Assembly: GCF_009914755.1 (NCBI RefSeq)
Contig: NC_060947.1
DNA: 64,000 nt
From: the human T2T-CHM13v2.0 reference genome, Homo sapiens
Direction: 5' to 3' (one strand)
Numbering within the stretch: position 1 is the first letter of the stretch; every line of letters begins with the position of its first letter. Below are positions 50,389 through 64,000 of the stretch, one piece after another. Both the position numbers and the translations under genes were made by a program. A model generated the notes under the pieces. The model was not told where the DNA came from, made no database searches, and saw only the letters and a program-made list of their open reading frames with translations.

Positions 50389-50711
50389 CTTTTTTAAAAA
50401 TTTTTTTAGATTTTTTTTTTGAGACAGGGTCTCACTCCGTCACCCAGACTGAAGAGCAGTGGTGTGATTGTAGCCCACGGCAACCTTGAACTCCTGGGCT
50501 CAAGGGATCCTCCTGCCTAAACCTCTCGAGTAGCTGAGACTATAGGCGTGTGCCTCCATGCCCAGCTAATTTTTAAATTTTTTTTTGTTCTTATAGAGAC
50601 AGGGTCTCGCTTTGTTGCCCAGGATGGTCTTGAACTCCTGGGCTCAAGCAATGCTCCCGCCTAGGCGTCCCAAAGTGTTGGGATAACAGGAGTGAGCCAC
50701 TGCGTCAGGCC
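50389..50711 (-). mobile_element. AluJ
   Basis: Reverse dimer; TSD taataacctcta. Confidence 0.9.
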
Positions 50712-51487
50712 TAATAACCTCTATTCTGAAAATATCATTCCCTAGGCAGGTCCTTCATAGTCACTCTTAGCCATTACCCACCAACATTAAAAACTCTGTA
50801 AGAACTCAACACATGTTTAGATTTAGACCATTAGACCAAGGGTAACCAACATGTACCCTTGAAATTGCGCAACAGAGAAAAACATTTATGTCCATTAACT
50901 TTCCCACAGGTCATCATGGGAATTTACGGCTATGAAAATGTTTGGGTGTTTGACTAAAAGAACAGATTCGGGCAGTACAGCACCACCTCAGTGCTTTCCA
51001 AAGGGTCATCTCAGGGTTACCACAGCTGCCCTTGCAAGCAGAGACTTTCTCTGAAATATTGGGGTTTGCCTCAGATTTTCTATGAATATTGCGTTCTAAG
51101 GCAGAATGTATCTGAATTTGTTTAAAGATTTTTAAATAGCTACCAGTTAATGTTCTCCTAAATCTCTGTGTAAAACAGATGCTTCAAGAAAATACAAGCT
51201 GCTTTATTTTGTGGCTCCTGGGAGCACCACCTTGTCACCACCCTGCTCAATCAGTACATGTGCTCCACTTTGAAGGACCCAAAGTAATGGAAAGAGCACT
51301 AGACAGAGATTCTATTTGTTTAGACTAGCACAATGCTTGGAATATAATAGGCACTTAATAAGTATTTGTTGAATGAATTGGCAGAATAGTTTCAAGGACT
51401 AGTTTTCAACTGCAAGAAAACTGCAGAAAAAATCCTTTGAGACATGTAATTACTGGCAACCCCACAAAACCGAAGGAAAAAAAAACA

Positions 51488-51620
51488 GGCCAGGTACAGT
51501 GGCTCATGCCTGTAATCCCAATACTTTGGGAGGCCACAGCATGAGGATCACTTGAGGCCAGGGGTTCAACACCAGCCTGGGCAACATAGTGAGACCTCAT
51601 CTCTACCAAAAACAAAAGAA
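51488..51620 (+). mobile_element. FLAM/Alu left monomer
   Basis: Single monomer ggccaggtacagtggctc...ctctaccaaaa. Confidence 0.8.
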
Positions 51621-51964
51621 AATACACCAATTGTGTATTGGTAAAGAACAAGAAAATCCATGTTGTTTTAGTTTAGTTAGAAAGGAAAAGGCTGTCAAGA
51701 TGTTATATAAAGATAATACTGAGGGGGGTTGTGTTAGGATAATTAAAACCCAATTCATATCATGGACGCTAAGAAGAGTTTTCAATTAACTCTTGGGTTT
51801 TCCTTTGCATGTTTTTAATCTTAATGATGTCAAGTTTACAGAGGAAAATAAAGAATTGTAACGCACACTCATGTCCCCATGTAACCATGCAGGGCGCTGG
51901 GGCTAAGGAAGGTCAGGAATCATGTCTCATTTGTTTTCTACCTTTCTCTTTTCTACTTTTCTAT

Positions 51965-52272
<308 letters not shown>

Positions 52273-52739
52273 TTCTCTTGCTCTTAATACAGATTTCTAT
52301 ACACATTAGCAGTTCAATAAATGTTCAACAACTGCAAAAAAATAAGTGTCTAATCACATTAAATAAGTTCTTAACTGAATTTCTTACCCCCACCCCCACA
52401 AAAGACTCTCTTGTGCTAAAGAAGCATAGGTTGGTTTAAATAACAACAGAAAAACAAAAACTAAACTGCTCTGAATGGTACCAGATGAGAGTACTAACAG
52501 ACGAGTCTTGGCTCATTTCAATTACATGACCCTGCCATATCTATTTTCCTATGACATGAGAACCACACAGCCAGTCCTCTATTTACAGTTATTGCATGAG
52601 TAAATCAGTATATATTTACATGGTAACTATTATGAGCAAGCTATTGGGAAAGATAAAGTAGTTTATTTACCTCCCTAATCTCCACCACCCACAGCAACAA
52701 CATACTATGTGCAAGGCCCTGATTTAAGCAGTTTACTGC

Positions 52740-53071
52740 AAGGTGTACAATCTCATCGAAAAATCTTGGTGCCAGATGTGTTTCTGAATTTAGAAATGTC
52801 CAGACCTTTAGACAGGAAATATACTTTATATACCATATGTTATGTAATACACCATTAGGGTCTATGGTGCAACCCCATAAACATATTAGTAATTCTATAG
52901 CAAAACAAAATAAAGATCAACATTAAGTAGAATAAAGACTATAAATACCCTATGTCAGTTTAAGTCAGGTTTTGCCACCACATGAGTTTTGGCATCTAAG
53001 TTACCAAATAAAATCTTTTTCAGTTTTCAGAGCTTTAGAAATTTAAAAATTGCAAACAAATTGTGGGCCTA
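52740..53071 (+). mobile_element. MER46C-like Tigger MITE
   Basis: gccagatgtgtttctgaatttag...aataaagactataaat...caggttttgccacca...ttgtgggccta. Confidence 0.7.
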
Positions 53072-53592
<521 letters not shown>

Positions 53593-54750
53593 TTACATAT
53601 GAGATAACTGAGGTACAGGGAGGTTTACTGACTCACCCAGTGTCTCACAACTATTAAGTCTCCCAGCTGGAATTGAAACCTAGGTGGCCTAGCTCCAGAG
53701 CTTGAGCTCTTAACAAGTATGCTCTACAACCTCTCTCAGAAACCACTTCGGAACACCAAACACGTGAAAAGTAAAACAGTATTAAATGATCTAACATCAA
53801 AAAATTAATAGGAGAAACATCACAAGACAGTATTTATTCATTATTCAATAACTATTTATAAAGTGCATACCATGTGCTGGGTGCTCAGAATACAACAATG
53901 AGCAAACCGGATGAGGTCTAGGTCGCCTTCATGAAGCCAGAGGCAAGTGGGGAGATGGCCAGGCATCAAATAAGCATAATTATGACACAACAGGGCAAGT
54001 GTGTGACTGCTGTTCACCTTCAGAGGGGGAGATCTAGTTCAATGGGGAATAGTGTAATAGGACCTGGAATTTGAAATGACAAAAAAGAAAGGCATGGCAT
54101 CCATTTGACAAGCACCCACTGTGCACGTACTCTATGCCAGGAATAATGCTAAGCACAAAAGTTCCAAACTGGGGAAAATCAGTTTAAACCAATAGAGATT
54201 TGTGAAAGGGAATAATAAGGACATATGGGAAAGTAGGCTGGGATCAAATCAAGTTGACCCTGCAGGCACTGATGAAGGTTATTTTGCAGGTTATTCCCCC
54301 ACAATATTAGGATTTACTCCTATGGAATGTCAATAATCATCTGCATTCCTATTTGGGACCAACTAGACCTCAAAGCTGGATTGCTTTCAAGGAAGGGCTT
54401 AGGGCAATAAATTCATTTAAGCCTCAGGAAACACAGTAACCCTAATCTCTCAAGGAATAAAGGTATGGCCATTTGAAAATGTTGGAGAGGCAACAGGTAA
54501 AAGAAAATGATAAGCCCTTCTTAAAATTCCAAAGGCCCTTTCTAAAACCTAGGTTATTCCTTTATACAAAATAAAATTTCCAACCTTCCAAAGGAAACAT
54601 ATTTCCATGAGAAAATAAGATATCATTCTTTGAAAAATAAATTCTTAAGTTGAACAATGATCTGATTTTTAATAAAGTTGGTGACAACTTACCTTGTAGC
54701 ACAAGTCACAATGTGACAGTGGAAAGTAAACTGCCTTTTAACATACTCAC

Positions 54751-54780
54751 CTCAGGGTTCCCATTCCCCCATCCCCTTAC
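54751..54780 (-). other. Candidate micro-exon / recursive splice site (alternative donor extends it to 54693)
   Basis: Minus strand: ttcctctactctgtttAG|GTAAGG...ccctgag|GTGAGT, plus caag|GTAAGT at 54692. Confidence 0.45.
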
Positions 54781-54949
54781 CTAAACAGAGTAGAGGAACC
54801 GAATTACATGATTATTTAGCATACTGATCATAGAGTTTTTTTTATTCTCAGGTATTAATATAAATGACTGAATGAGTAGACATTCTATTTATCCTCTGCA
54901 AAACATTTTTTTTTAAATTTCCCTGGATAATTTTTTTAAGCCAATGACC

Positions 54950-55535
54950 TTCCCCAGGAAAGACTCTTCAGTGGCTTCCTATTGTTCTGAGAATCAAACC
55001 CAAATTCTTTCTCAGGACCTCCAAGTCCTATTTATCGGTTATTGAGCTGCTTCTAGGCTCTGTAACATCTTCTTTAATCCGCCATGCTGGCTTGCTTTCT
55101 GCTCTTCAAAAACGCCAAGTCTCTTTTTCCCCCCTCAAGGCCTTGGCTCTTACTCTTCTCTCTGCAAGAATGTTATCTCGGGAATGTTCTCCCAGATCCT
55201 GACAAGGTAGGCCTATTCTCTCTTCTCTTTCAGGTCTCTGCTCAATCATCTTCTCTGAAAGGCCTTTTCTGACTTCCCACACTAAAGTAGGCCCTTCCTA
55301 GCTATCTGTATCATATTCCCCTACTTATTTTCATTGCTCTTACTACAGTCTATAAGGATCTTCTTCATTTGTTTGCTCGTTTATTGTCTGTATTCTCTGG
55401 TAGAATATAAGCACTGTGATACTCCACAAGAGCAAAGATCATGCCTTATAAGGTTTATCATTGTGCCTAACACAGGGCCTTGGCACACAAGTACCCAGTA
55501 GATTTTGTAAAATGAATTAGTAAATGAATGAATGA
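54950..55535 (+). mobile_element. L2 3' fragment
   Basis: cttcagtggcttcctattg...caggtctctgctcaa...tagaatataagc...aaatgaatgaatga. Confidence 0.7.
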
Positions 55536-57739
55536 TACATAAAAACCTGATTGTTATGAATATCAGTAACTTGAGAAAGCCATTTTTATAATTTTGAGAT
55601 ATTTTCTCTAGGGCTATTCATTTCTCTACAGTCTTTCCACATTTTCTGAAATAATTCCTGGAAATTTGTTGTATTATTTCATAGCAATAAAAATACATCG
55701 GTTTCAATCAGTGGATTTAAGAAAAAAATATTTTCAAGAGGTTTTAGTGGTTTATCAAACATCAATAAAAATCAAACAATTTGAAAATTGGTCAGTCTCA
55801 TTTCACTACTGCAAGTCAAATTACATGAAGAAGCATAATTTGAAATGTACATAAAATGAGAAAGAAGATAATCCAATAAGTAAGTGCAGTTACATTTAGT
55901 AATATCAGAAATATCCAGTCTGCTAACCTCTAGGTGTACCAGATGGACTATCAAACACATATTGAGTCATATTGAAGATTCAGAGCAAAATGCTTATGGC
56001 TAACTCATCCACCTTTATTCTTTTCCTGGCAAATATAAATAGTCTTACTATGCAATCACATTAGCAGCAATCTTAGCTTAGATTTTGTATCAATAATAAG
56101 CATGAAAAGAAAAAAGTAAGAAAATAGTATAAACTCTTTTCCTTGAAAAAGTTGTAAGTTTTTATGTATTTTGAGAATAGTTTGCTAAGAAAATTACAGA
56201 CTTAGAAAGTGGGCCTATTAGAATAAGTACCCTTTCCCTACTACATTCCATTTTTTAATAAACCTCAAGTAAACTCAGGAATTTACCAAATCAATTGGGA
56301 AACTACAAATCATCTGCAAGTTATCTAACTAAATTGATAAGCAATAGGCCTTACTTTTCTTGTGAAAACTACTTTCTTCAGAACATCAACTGAGCCTTAT
56401 ATAATCACACTACACTTTTTGAAGTGTGCTTATAAAAATGGCAGATTGAAAACCTTGGGCTTTTTAATAATTGAAGCTCTTATTTATCTGTTTTTTAAAT
56501 ACATCATTTGATGTTGCAGCAGAAACTACTCTCATCTCACTGCCATAAGACGTGCTACCAGGACAGTGAAATTTAGCCATTATCTTCATTCACAACCTGG
56601 TTTCTTCTGAGATTGCTGCCAATTAGTGCACACTGTGTCAATGGCAACACTTGGTCATACATCAGGCAAACAACTCTTTTACCGTTAAGTATGAGGATAT
56701 TAATAAGAACTTGCAGTTAAGGGAGCTAATATTTTTAGATGTAAAATGATGTCATAAATGCTGAATTATTTCATTTTTCTCAGTTTTTAAATTTGAACAC
56801 TAGATACAGTCTATTTCCAAAAACACAGCTGCGTATGTCAGCATGTGCTTGTTCACTGGTATTTGCCTCCACTTTGTGCTTCTCCATTCAGCTTTCTTCA
56901 CACACTAATTGCAGTATGAAAGTGAGTAAATGAACCTCAGTATGGGAGCTAACACCACAACTACATGGGGAGAAAGCGATATCGCTAAGAGTGAGTAGTC
57001 TTTTTTGTAACTACGTGGTTTTAAAATATGCTGCTTTTAGAGGGTTTATACAAACATGAAATCTACTGTTAAGAAACTGTGGCTTCAAAAAAAAGAAAGC
57101 AGGTGCCCTCCAGAGACAGTTTTAAATCCCAGCGTCTCTTAGTCTCCATTCAATGTGCTTAGTTACCAGCCTATGCTAACTTGAGCGACTTTATCCCAAA
57201 CCACTAAAGTCCTCTGACTACATTAAAACGATTAACATCCTAGTTTACAATTAGAGAAATGGAGCCAGGCATCACAATTCCCACCAATCCTCTCTCTCAG
57301 GCCTGCTCAGCAGCCAGGGAAGAATCAGATTTAGGACCATGTACGAAGATTGCGTACCAACATATATACATACATTTTAAGTGGCTATTGTTCTTGGACT
57401 AAGTTAATGAAACCTAGAAAGAAACTTTAAAGTTCCCTAGTTGATATTTACTAAGGCTATTTAGTGAAGGAATGATCTCATCACTTTCAGTAAACTGTAG
57501 CCTAGACTATAAGCCTCCAAGAAAATCATTAGTCAACTGTAATTAAACAAACAAACAAACAAAAAAGTCAAAATATTCAGAGCTGAAGACATTCAGAGCT
57601 AAGTTAAAAGCTTCGAGGAAGAAGAGGAGTGTGCTCCTGACTTGGGAGCCAGCAGAGGAGCCTCCTAAGTTAGAAGATTCTGAAGGAGAGATGGATTAGG
57701 AGGCACAAAGCAGAAACTGTTAGAGGGCAAGAGACAGTA

Positions 57740-58890
57740 GGGCCGGGGCGGGCAGCGGGACCCCAGACCGTCAGGGCAGCAACAGCGAGGCCCAGAGGAG
57801 AAGATCTTGGAGAGATGACAAAGAAGCACAGGAAAGCCGGGTTCTGGGGTCCTAGAAGAACCCAGGCGTCCGACGGAGCCAGAGGGACCGGCAGAAAGGG
57901 ATGCGAAGGTGTAAGGATGAGGGCGCGCACCAGCACGCGGGAGAAAAAGAGGGGGCGGCGGGCAAAATGAAGCTGTTTCCCTGCTCCTCTGCTCCTCTGC
58001 CCCTGGTACAGATCGCAACTCCTCGCCGCGCACCGCGCAGCGCCGGGTCCGAAGGCAGGGAAGCGGCTGCTGGAGCCCCTGTGACTTCAGGACCCTGCCT
58101 CACCTTGCTCGCCGCGTCCTGGCGTCCCGCCGCTTGTCCGCCGGGTGCTGCGCTCCGAGGGCCAAAGAGGGAGTCGCGCGGCGCAGCCGGGGCTCCCTCC
58201 TGCTGCGAGGCACCAGCACCCGCACCTTCGCACCCTCTGCTCGCCCCGACCACTTCACCCTGTCCTGGCGCAGGCGGAGAGCACGGACCCTAACCCGAAT
58301 GCCGCTGCAGTTATTTTCAAAAGTCCCCGTTCCAGGCTTCCCAGGAATAGGAGCTGAGCTACTGCGGCCGCAGCGGCAGAGCCTCCGCCTGACCTCACCA
58401 GGGTGTGGGGGGGCTGCTGAGGGAGGGGGGCGGGAACCCAGTTGGGGAGGGAGGGGGCAGTGGGGGGGGGAGCGCGCGGGCGGGGGAAACATGGCGGCGG
58501 GGGTGGCCCCGGCGGCGCCTGCGCGGGAGGCAGGGTGGCGGGGAGCCGGGGCTAGGACGGTGTGTGGGGTCCGAACGGAACTCCCAGGCTGTAGCGAAAG
58601 CGTGACAGGGCCGGACCCTGAAGCTGAATGACCGCTAAGTGGCCCTCACGCCTCGGAAACCGGGAGGCTCTGGTGTGAGCCCACATGGATTCTAGTGCCG
58701 GGAGGCAGAAAAAGTGAAAAGTGTCAAGTATCCAGGGACAACAGTGCAGCCGCCCCGGGTTAGCCACTCCAAGGAGGTCCACCCGTGCATTCTGCCAGCC
58801 GTGGCCTCGGCCTCCTCATAGTCACGGCGGGGCCCGAGCAAAGGGTGTGCCCTGGAAGCGGTGCCACCTCACCTCAGTGGGGCCCACGTC
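57740..58890. promoter_or_regulatory. CpG island promoter
   Basis: Only dense CpG/GC-rich block in the window; GC boxes (ggggcggg), YY1-like aaacatggcggc at 58487-58498, G-tracts at ~58400-58510. Confidence 0.9.
58104..58520 (-). other. Probable first exon of an unidentified minus-strand gene (donors AAG|GTGAGG at 58103 and CTG|GTGAGG at 58398; TSS position approximate)
   Basis: Consensus donors inside the CpG island; downstream region is A-rich on + (T-rich on the sense strand) and most L1s are antisense to it. Confidence 0.6.
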
Positions 58891-59014
58891 TCAAAATAAG
58901 CCTGACCCAGGCTCTCACACAAATATCACTCTTCTAGTGGGATAAGCGCTTCATCCCTCCCCCTCCCTGCTGCAGTACACAACATTAAGAAAGAGGAAGG
59001 ATAAAAACTACAAA

Positions 59015-59260
59015 TAACAGTTTAACATTTTACTGAGCGTCTGCTATGAACCAAGCACTGAAGCATCAACTTACCTAATTCACAGCTACTCTACAAGTTA
59101 CACACTATTGTCTCCATTTTACAAGTGACAAAACTGAGGTGTATAGGTTAACCAAGTTGCCAGAGGTTACATAAATAGTAAGTGGCAGAGCGGGACTCAG
59201 GATCCCAAGCGGTGTGATTCTGGTACCCAGGCTCTTAACCACTATGCAAACTGCTTCCAA
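59015..59260 (-). mobile_element. MIR
   Basis: aacattttactgagcgtctgctatg...ccattttacaagtgacaaaactgagg...ctcttaaccactatgc. Confidence 0.75.
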
Positions 59261-60559
59261 ACTCTGGTGGGACTGCTCTTCTAAGTCAGAATCTTGATTC
59301 TGCTCTATCAGCCTAGCCCCCAAAAAAAACCCCAGTCAAGCCTGTTTTTCCCCTTGCTTGTCTTCTATTCATTCTTTGCCTTCTTGACGGTTACAGCCTG
59401 GGGCCACCTTCTTACACCTATTCCTTTGCCCTTTCTACTTATAATTCCAGACTCCTCCTTGGGAAAATAAAGGGAGTTTGCTCTTAGCAACCAGTTTAAT
59501 CACTATTGTGATTTTTTTTCTTTGGCTGTTTTTTTCTTCTTCTTCTTCTTAAGGAAGTGATGCGGTGAGTGTGGAATCTTTATGTTTTCTAGGATTTCTC
59601 CCTCTGGGATCTGAGATCTTCAACATTGCTGACTTTGTATTTCAACTTACATACACTGAAATTCTAGTAGTAGGTTTTAGGTAAATTTGAGAATAATCAG
59701 CTACTCAAAAACTTGCTAGAACTAAAGATAATACCACATTGTTGGACTTTACCAAATAATCAAAGAACTCCAAATATACATAGAATTTGCATTATTACCT
59801 TTTACGTGCAAGTGTATTGAACCCAATTCCCCTTTGTTAACAGGAATGCTTCCACTGGCTTCTCCACTATGCTTATTCAATAATTATTGTATACCTACCT
59901 TACACACTAAATGCTTATTGGGTAGAAAGCACCTTGTACAGAAGTTTACAATCTCACTGAGGTGATATATTCCAAACAATCACTTTTAGCATGTATCAAA
60001 AACCTGGCACACAGGTTAAAAAAAAAATAAGTACAAACTGAGCTGGTGTACACTCGAGTCACTGCTTTGTCCTGCCATAAAAAGGTTCAAGTGGGGTTAC
60101 TTTATAATAAGTTTCTCCCACAGAAATGCCAGTAAAAATGGGATAATCCAGTGTGGGCCAAGCAGCCCTTATCTACACAAAGAGAAAACCCTCATAGCAA
60201 GGGTGTTGAGATGGGGGCAACTGCAGGATCTGCATTTGAACTGCCAGTAGCTTGCACAGATTCTCAGTTTAAAAAAAAAGAAAAAAGAAAAAGAACTGGC
60301 AATAAGATATTACAAATATGCTTATCCAATAGAAGTCCATTGCTGTTTGGGTTCGGATGCTTTATCTGAATACTTAATCTACTGGATAGAGCACTAGACT
60401 CAGAGTCAGAAGACAATTTATGTGCTATGTGACATTAAGTTAGTGCTCTGAGAGTGTTTTCCCAAATTTCCAGTGGGGAGCAAAATAATACTGGTCTGAT
60501 ATGCCCCACAGCATTGTTTTGGGTTTCAAATAAGATAACACATGGGAGAGTATGTTGCA

Positions 60560-60865
60560 TTTGGAGAAAAGGTCTTTAAAGAGGTAATTCAGTTAAAGTA
60601 ATGTCTCTAAGATGGGCCCGAATCCAATATGACTGGTGTCCTTTTAAGAAGAGTTTAGGACTTAGACATATATGCACATAGAGGAAGGACCATGTGAGGA
60701 TGCAGTGAGAAGGCAACCACTTGCAAGACAAGATGGGGCTTCAGAAGAAACCAAACTTACCTACACCTTGATCTTCCAGAATTACAAGAAAATAAATTTC
60801 TGTTGTTTAAGTTACCCAGTCTATGGTGTTATACTTTGTTATGGCAGGTCTAGCAAACGAACATA
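60560..60865 (+). mobile_element. MLT1A/B-like LTR fragment
   Basis: ggtctttaaagaggtaatt...aatccaatatgactggtgtcctt...aaaataaatttctgttgtttaag. Confidence 0.75.
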
Positions 60866-60904
60866 ATGGGAAGCATTTCAAATGCCAGCTAGAGTATCCG
60901 CTGA

Positions 60905-61481
60905 CTTAGTTATTGTTCATTGCTAAAAACACACACATTAATTATCTGTTTCCACGTGTCAGGAGTCCAGGTATGGTTTAGCTTGGAGCACTGCTCAGGG
61001 TCTCACAAGGCTGCAATCAAGTTTTTGGCTGGGCTGTGTTCTCATGTGCAACTCAGAATCTTCTTCCAAACTCATTCAGATTGTTGGCCAAATTCAGTTC
61101 CTTGCAGTTACAGAATTAAGACCCGTAGCATTTACTGGATCTAGAGGCAGCCCCTCTCCATTAGCAGTTGACAACATGGTTGTTCTACTTAGCCAAGGCC
61201 AACAGAAAAACTTCTTTCTCCTCAGGAGGGGTCCAGTGCCTCTTTTAAGGTCTTTTACCAGATTAAGTCAGGCCCACCCAAGATTATCACCCCTTTGATT
61301 AACTCAAAAATTAACTGTGTGCCTTGATTACATCTGCAAAATCTCTTCACCTTTGCCACATAATGTAACCTAATCACAAGAGTGATAGCCCAGCATATTC
61401 ACAGGTCCCAACCATACCTAAGTGGAGAATGTATAACAGAAGACAAGAATCTTAGGACCATCTTAGAATTCTCCCTACCAT
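60905..61481 (-). mobile_element. MLT1E/F-like LTR
   Basis: gctcagggtctcacaaggctgcaatcaag...ggaccatcttagaattctccctacca. Confidence 0.7.
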
Positions 61482-61567
61482 GCCCCAAAGATTTGACAGC
61501 ACCAATTAATTATACAATTATAAAAATTAACTAAGAGACCATACAGGCAGATGTGGGCACACACATA

Positions 61568-61576
<9 letters not shown>

Positions 61577-61607
<31 letters not shown>
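61577..61607 (+). repeat. (CA)n microsatellite
   Basis: CA run. Confidence 0.9.
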
Positions 61608-61608
<1 letters not shown>

Positions 61609-61899
61609 AAAGTACACAGAGCTGGTAGCTGATCCCTAATCGGTCTAAAAGCATTTGCAAGCTTGCTGTGTGCCTAATGTGAAACTAAAAGATTTCAACT
61701 GCATTAATTCTGACTAAAAAACAAATTGAAAACTATTTAGGATACATTTTGTCTCTCTGGTAAATTTGCATTTCCTCAAAACACTCATCTCATCAATTAT
61801 TGAATGGAGCCTATTATTGAATGGAATCTATTATAAAAAAAAAAACCCTCACAGGGCTTTGGGTAGCATACACAGAAGGGTCTTGCTTTAGAAGTTAGA

Positions 61900-64000
61900 G
61901 ATAAATCTGATTAAAGATGTGTAAGACCTGTCCTGAAAACTTTAGGCTTAAATAAATGTAGAAATATACTGTATTCATAGGGCAGAAGAATTGATATCAT
62001 TAAGATGTCAATTCACTCCTAATTGATTTATAGTTACAGCACAACCCCGATCAAAGTCCTAGCTGGCTTTTTCTGTAGAAATTGACAAGCTGATTCTAAA
62101 GTTCATATGGAAATTGAATAAAATAGCCAAAACAACTTTTACAAAGAGCATTAGGGGGATAATACTACCTGATTTCAATTTTTACTGTAAAGCTACAATA
62201 TTCAAGACAGTGTGGTATTGATCAATGAAACAGAATAGAGTCCATAAACAGACCCACAACGTATATGGGCAAGTTATTTTCAACAAATATTCAAAAGCAA
62301 TTCAGCTTTTTGAGGAACCTCCATACTTCTTTCCATAGTGAGAGCACCAGTTTATATTGCCACCAACAGTCTCCACATCCACGTCAATACCTGTTATTCA
62401 TCCTTTTGACAATAGCCATTCTAACAGCTGTGAGGTGATATTTCACTGTGGTTTTAATTTGCATTTCCCCTGATGATTAGAGATTTTCAACATTTTTTAA
62501 TATATTTGTTGGGGATTTGTATCTCTTCTTTTGAGAAATGCCTGCTCAGATTCCTTTCCCCTCTCTGGGTATATATTCAAAGGAATTGAAATCAGTATGT
62601 TAAAGAGATATCTGCACTCCAGTGTTTATTTCAGCATTATTCATAGTAGTCAAAACGTGGAAGCAATCTAAGAATCCATCAATGAATGAATGGATAAAGA
62701 AAATGTAGTACATATACACAATGAAATACTATACAACCTTAAAAAAGAAATTCTGTCATTTGCATCCATGACAACATGGAAAGAATTGGAGGAAATTATG
62801 CTAAGTGAAATAAGCCAGACATAGACAATACTGTATGATCTCACTTATATGTGGAATCTAAAAAAGTCAATCTCATAGAAACAGAAAGTAGAAAAATGGT
62901 TATCAGAGGCAGGGGAAGGAGGAGGAAGCATGGGGAAAGTGAGGATGTTGATCAAAGGGTCCAAAGTTTCAGTTAGACTGGAGAATAAATTTTAGTGACC
63001 TATTGCACAGCATGGTGACCGCAGCTAATAGTGTATATTTCAAAACTGCTAAAATAGATTTTTAGAATTCTCACCACAAAAAAAAGATAAGTTGGTGAGG
63101 TGATGGATACGTTATTTATCTTGATTAAATCTTTCTATAATGTATACATAGACGCAAACCTCACATTGTATCCCACAGATATGCACAATTATTATTTGTC
63201 CATTTAAAAAATTTAAAGGCAATTCAGTGGAGAAAGGGTAGCTTTTTTCAACAATGGTGCTGGAACAACTGGACATCCATGTGAACTAAGATCCATACCT
63301 AATACCATCTACAAAAATTAATTCAAAATGCATCATAGACCTAAATGTAAAATCTGGAGCTAGAAAATTTCCAGAACTTTGGCAAAAACCTTTGTGACCT
63401 TGGGTTAAGCCAAGATTTTTTAGATATGACACGAAAAGCATGGTCCACAAAAAGACAAATTAAGAAGTTGAACTTGATCAAAATTGAAAAGAAACAACTC
63501 TTCTATAAAAGACACTGTTGACAGAATGAAAAAAGAAACTACAGACCGGTAGAAAATATGCAAAAATCATATCTAATATTAAAAAACTTGCATACAGAAT
63601 AAAGAACCTTCAAATCTCAATAACAAGAATATGAACAACAAATTAAAAAAAAAAGGTAAACTATTTGAACAGACACCACCAAAGAAGTTACATCAAAGAA
63701 GCATGGCAAACAAGCACATGAAAAGATTATCAACATCATTAGTCATTAGGGAAATGCAAATCAAAGCCACAATGAGATAACACTACAATGTACTAGAATA
63801 CCTAGCACTAAAAGGAATAATTATAGTAAGTTTTTGCAAGGAACTACAACTCTGATATGCTGCTACTGTGAATGAAAAATGGTACACTCATTTTCGAAAA
63901 TAATTTGGCAGTCTTTTAAAAAGTTAAACATACACCTACCATATGATCCGGCCATTCCACTCCTAGGTATTTACTCAAGAGAAATGAAAGCATATGTCCC
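61900..64000 (+). mobile_element. Old L1M (MB/MC-like) ORF2 3' region
   Basis: ttaaataaatgtagaaatatactgtattcat...gaaattgacaagctgattctaaa...; continues after the nested L1MA. Confidence 0.8.
62306..63214 (+). mobile_element. L1MA (MA8-like) 3' fragment with 5' inversion
   Basis: Antisense ORF2 piece 62306-~62560, sense 3' end ~62561-63214; TSD aaaagcaattcag/aaaggcaattcag (62293-62305, 63215-63227). Confidence 0.8.

Noticed and set aside
58104-58520. Assigning a gene symbol to the minus-strand gene
   Set aside because: No recognisable coding exon in the window; a BLAT of this exon would settle it.
57665-58945. Many overlapping ORFs in the CpG island
   Set aside because: Expected from stop-codon scarcity in GC-rich DNA; no recognisable domains.

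Overview
Human/primate genomic DNA, not prokaryotic, and heavily transposon-derived (L1, Alu, MaLR/ERV LTRs, Tigger, MIR, L2). A CpG-island promoter at ~57.7-58.9 kb carries consensus minus-strand splice donors. Together with an A-rich + strand and mostly +-oriented L1s, this suggests that ~1-58 kb is 5' intronic sequence of a minus-strand gene, which I cannot name with confidence. No convincing host protein-coding exon was found; the long ORFs are L1 ORF1/ORF2 remnants, Alu artefacts or CpG-island ORFs. I see no new multi-gene system. The best signals are structural: (1) a ~12-kb inversion (8497-20568) whose reversal rejoins two split L1 elements; (2) a spliced, TSD-flanked L1PA (SpIRE 97/976 type) with a fold-back palindrome and a tandem duplication; (3) a recursive-splice-site/RS-exon architecture at 54.7 kb; (4) two tiny polyadenylated retrocopies; (5) a short patch apparently copied from ~11 kb away; (6) composite Alu/L1 and Alu/Alu insertions sharing one TSD. 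Repeat subfamily calls come from recalled consensus features, and boundaries of old repeats are approximate.
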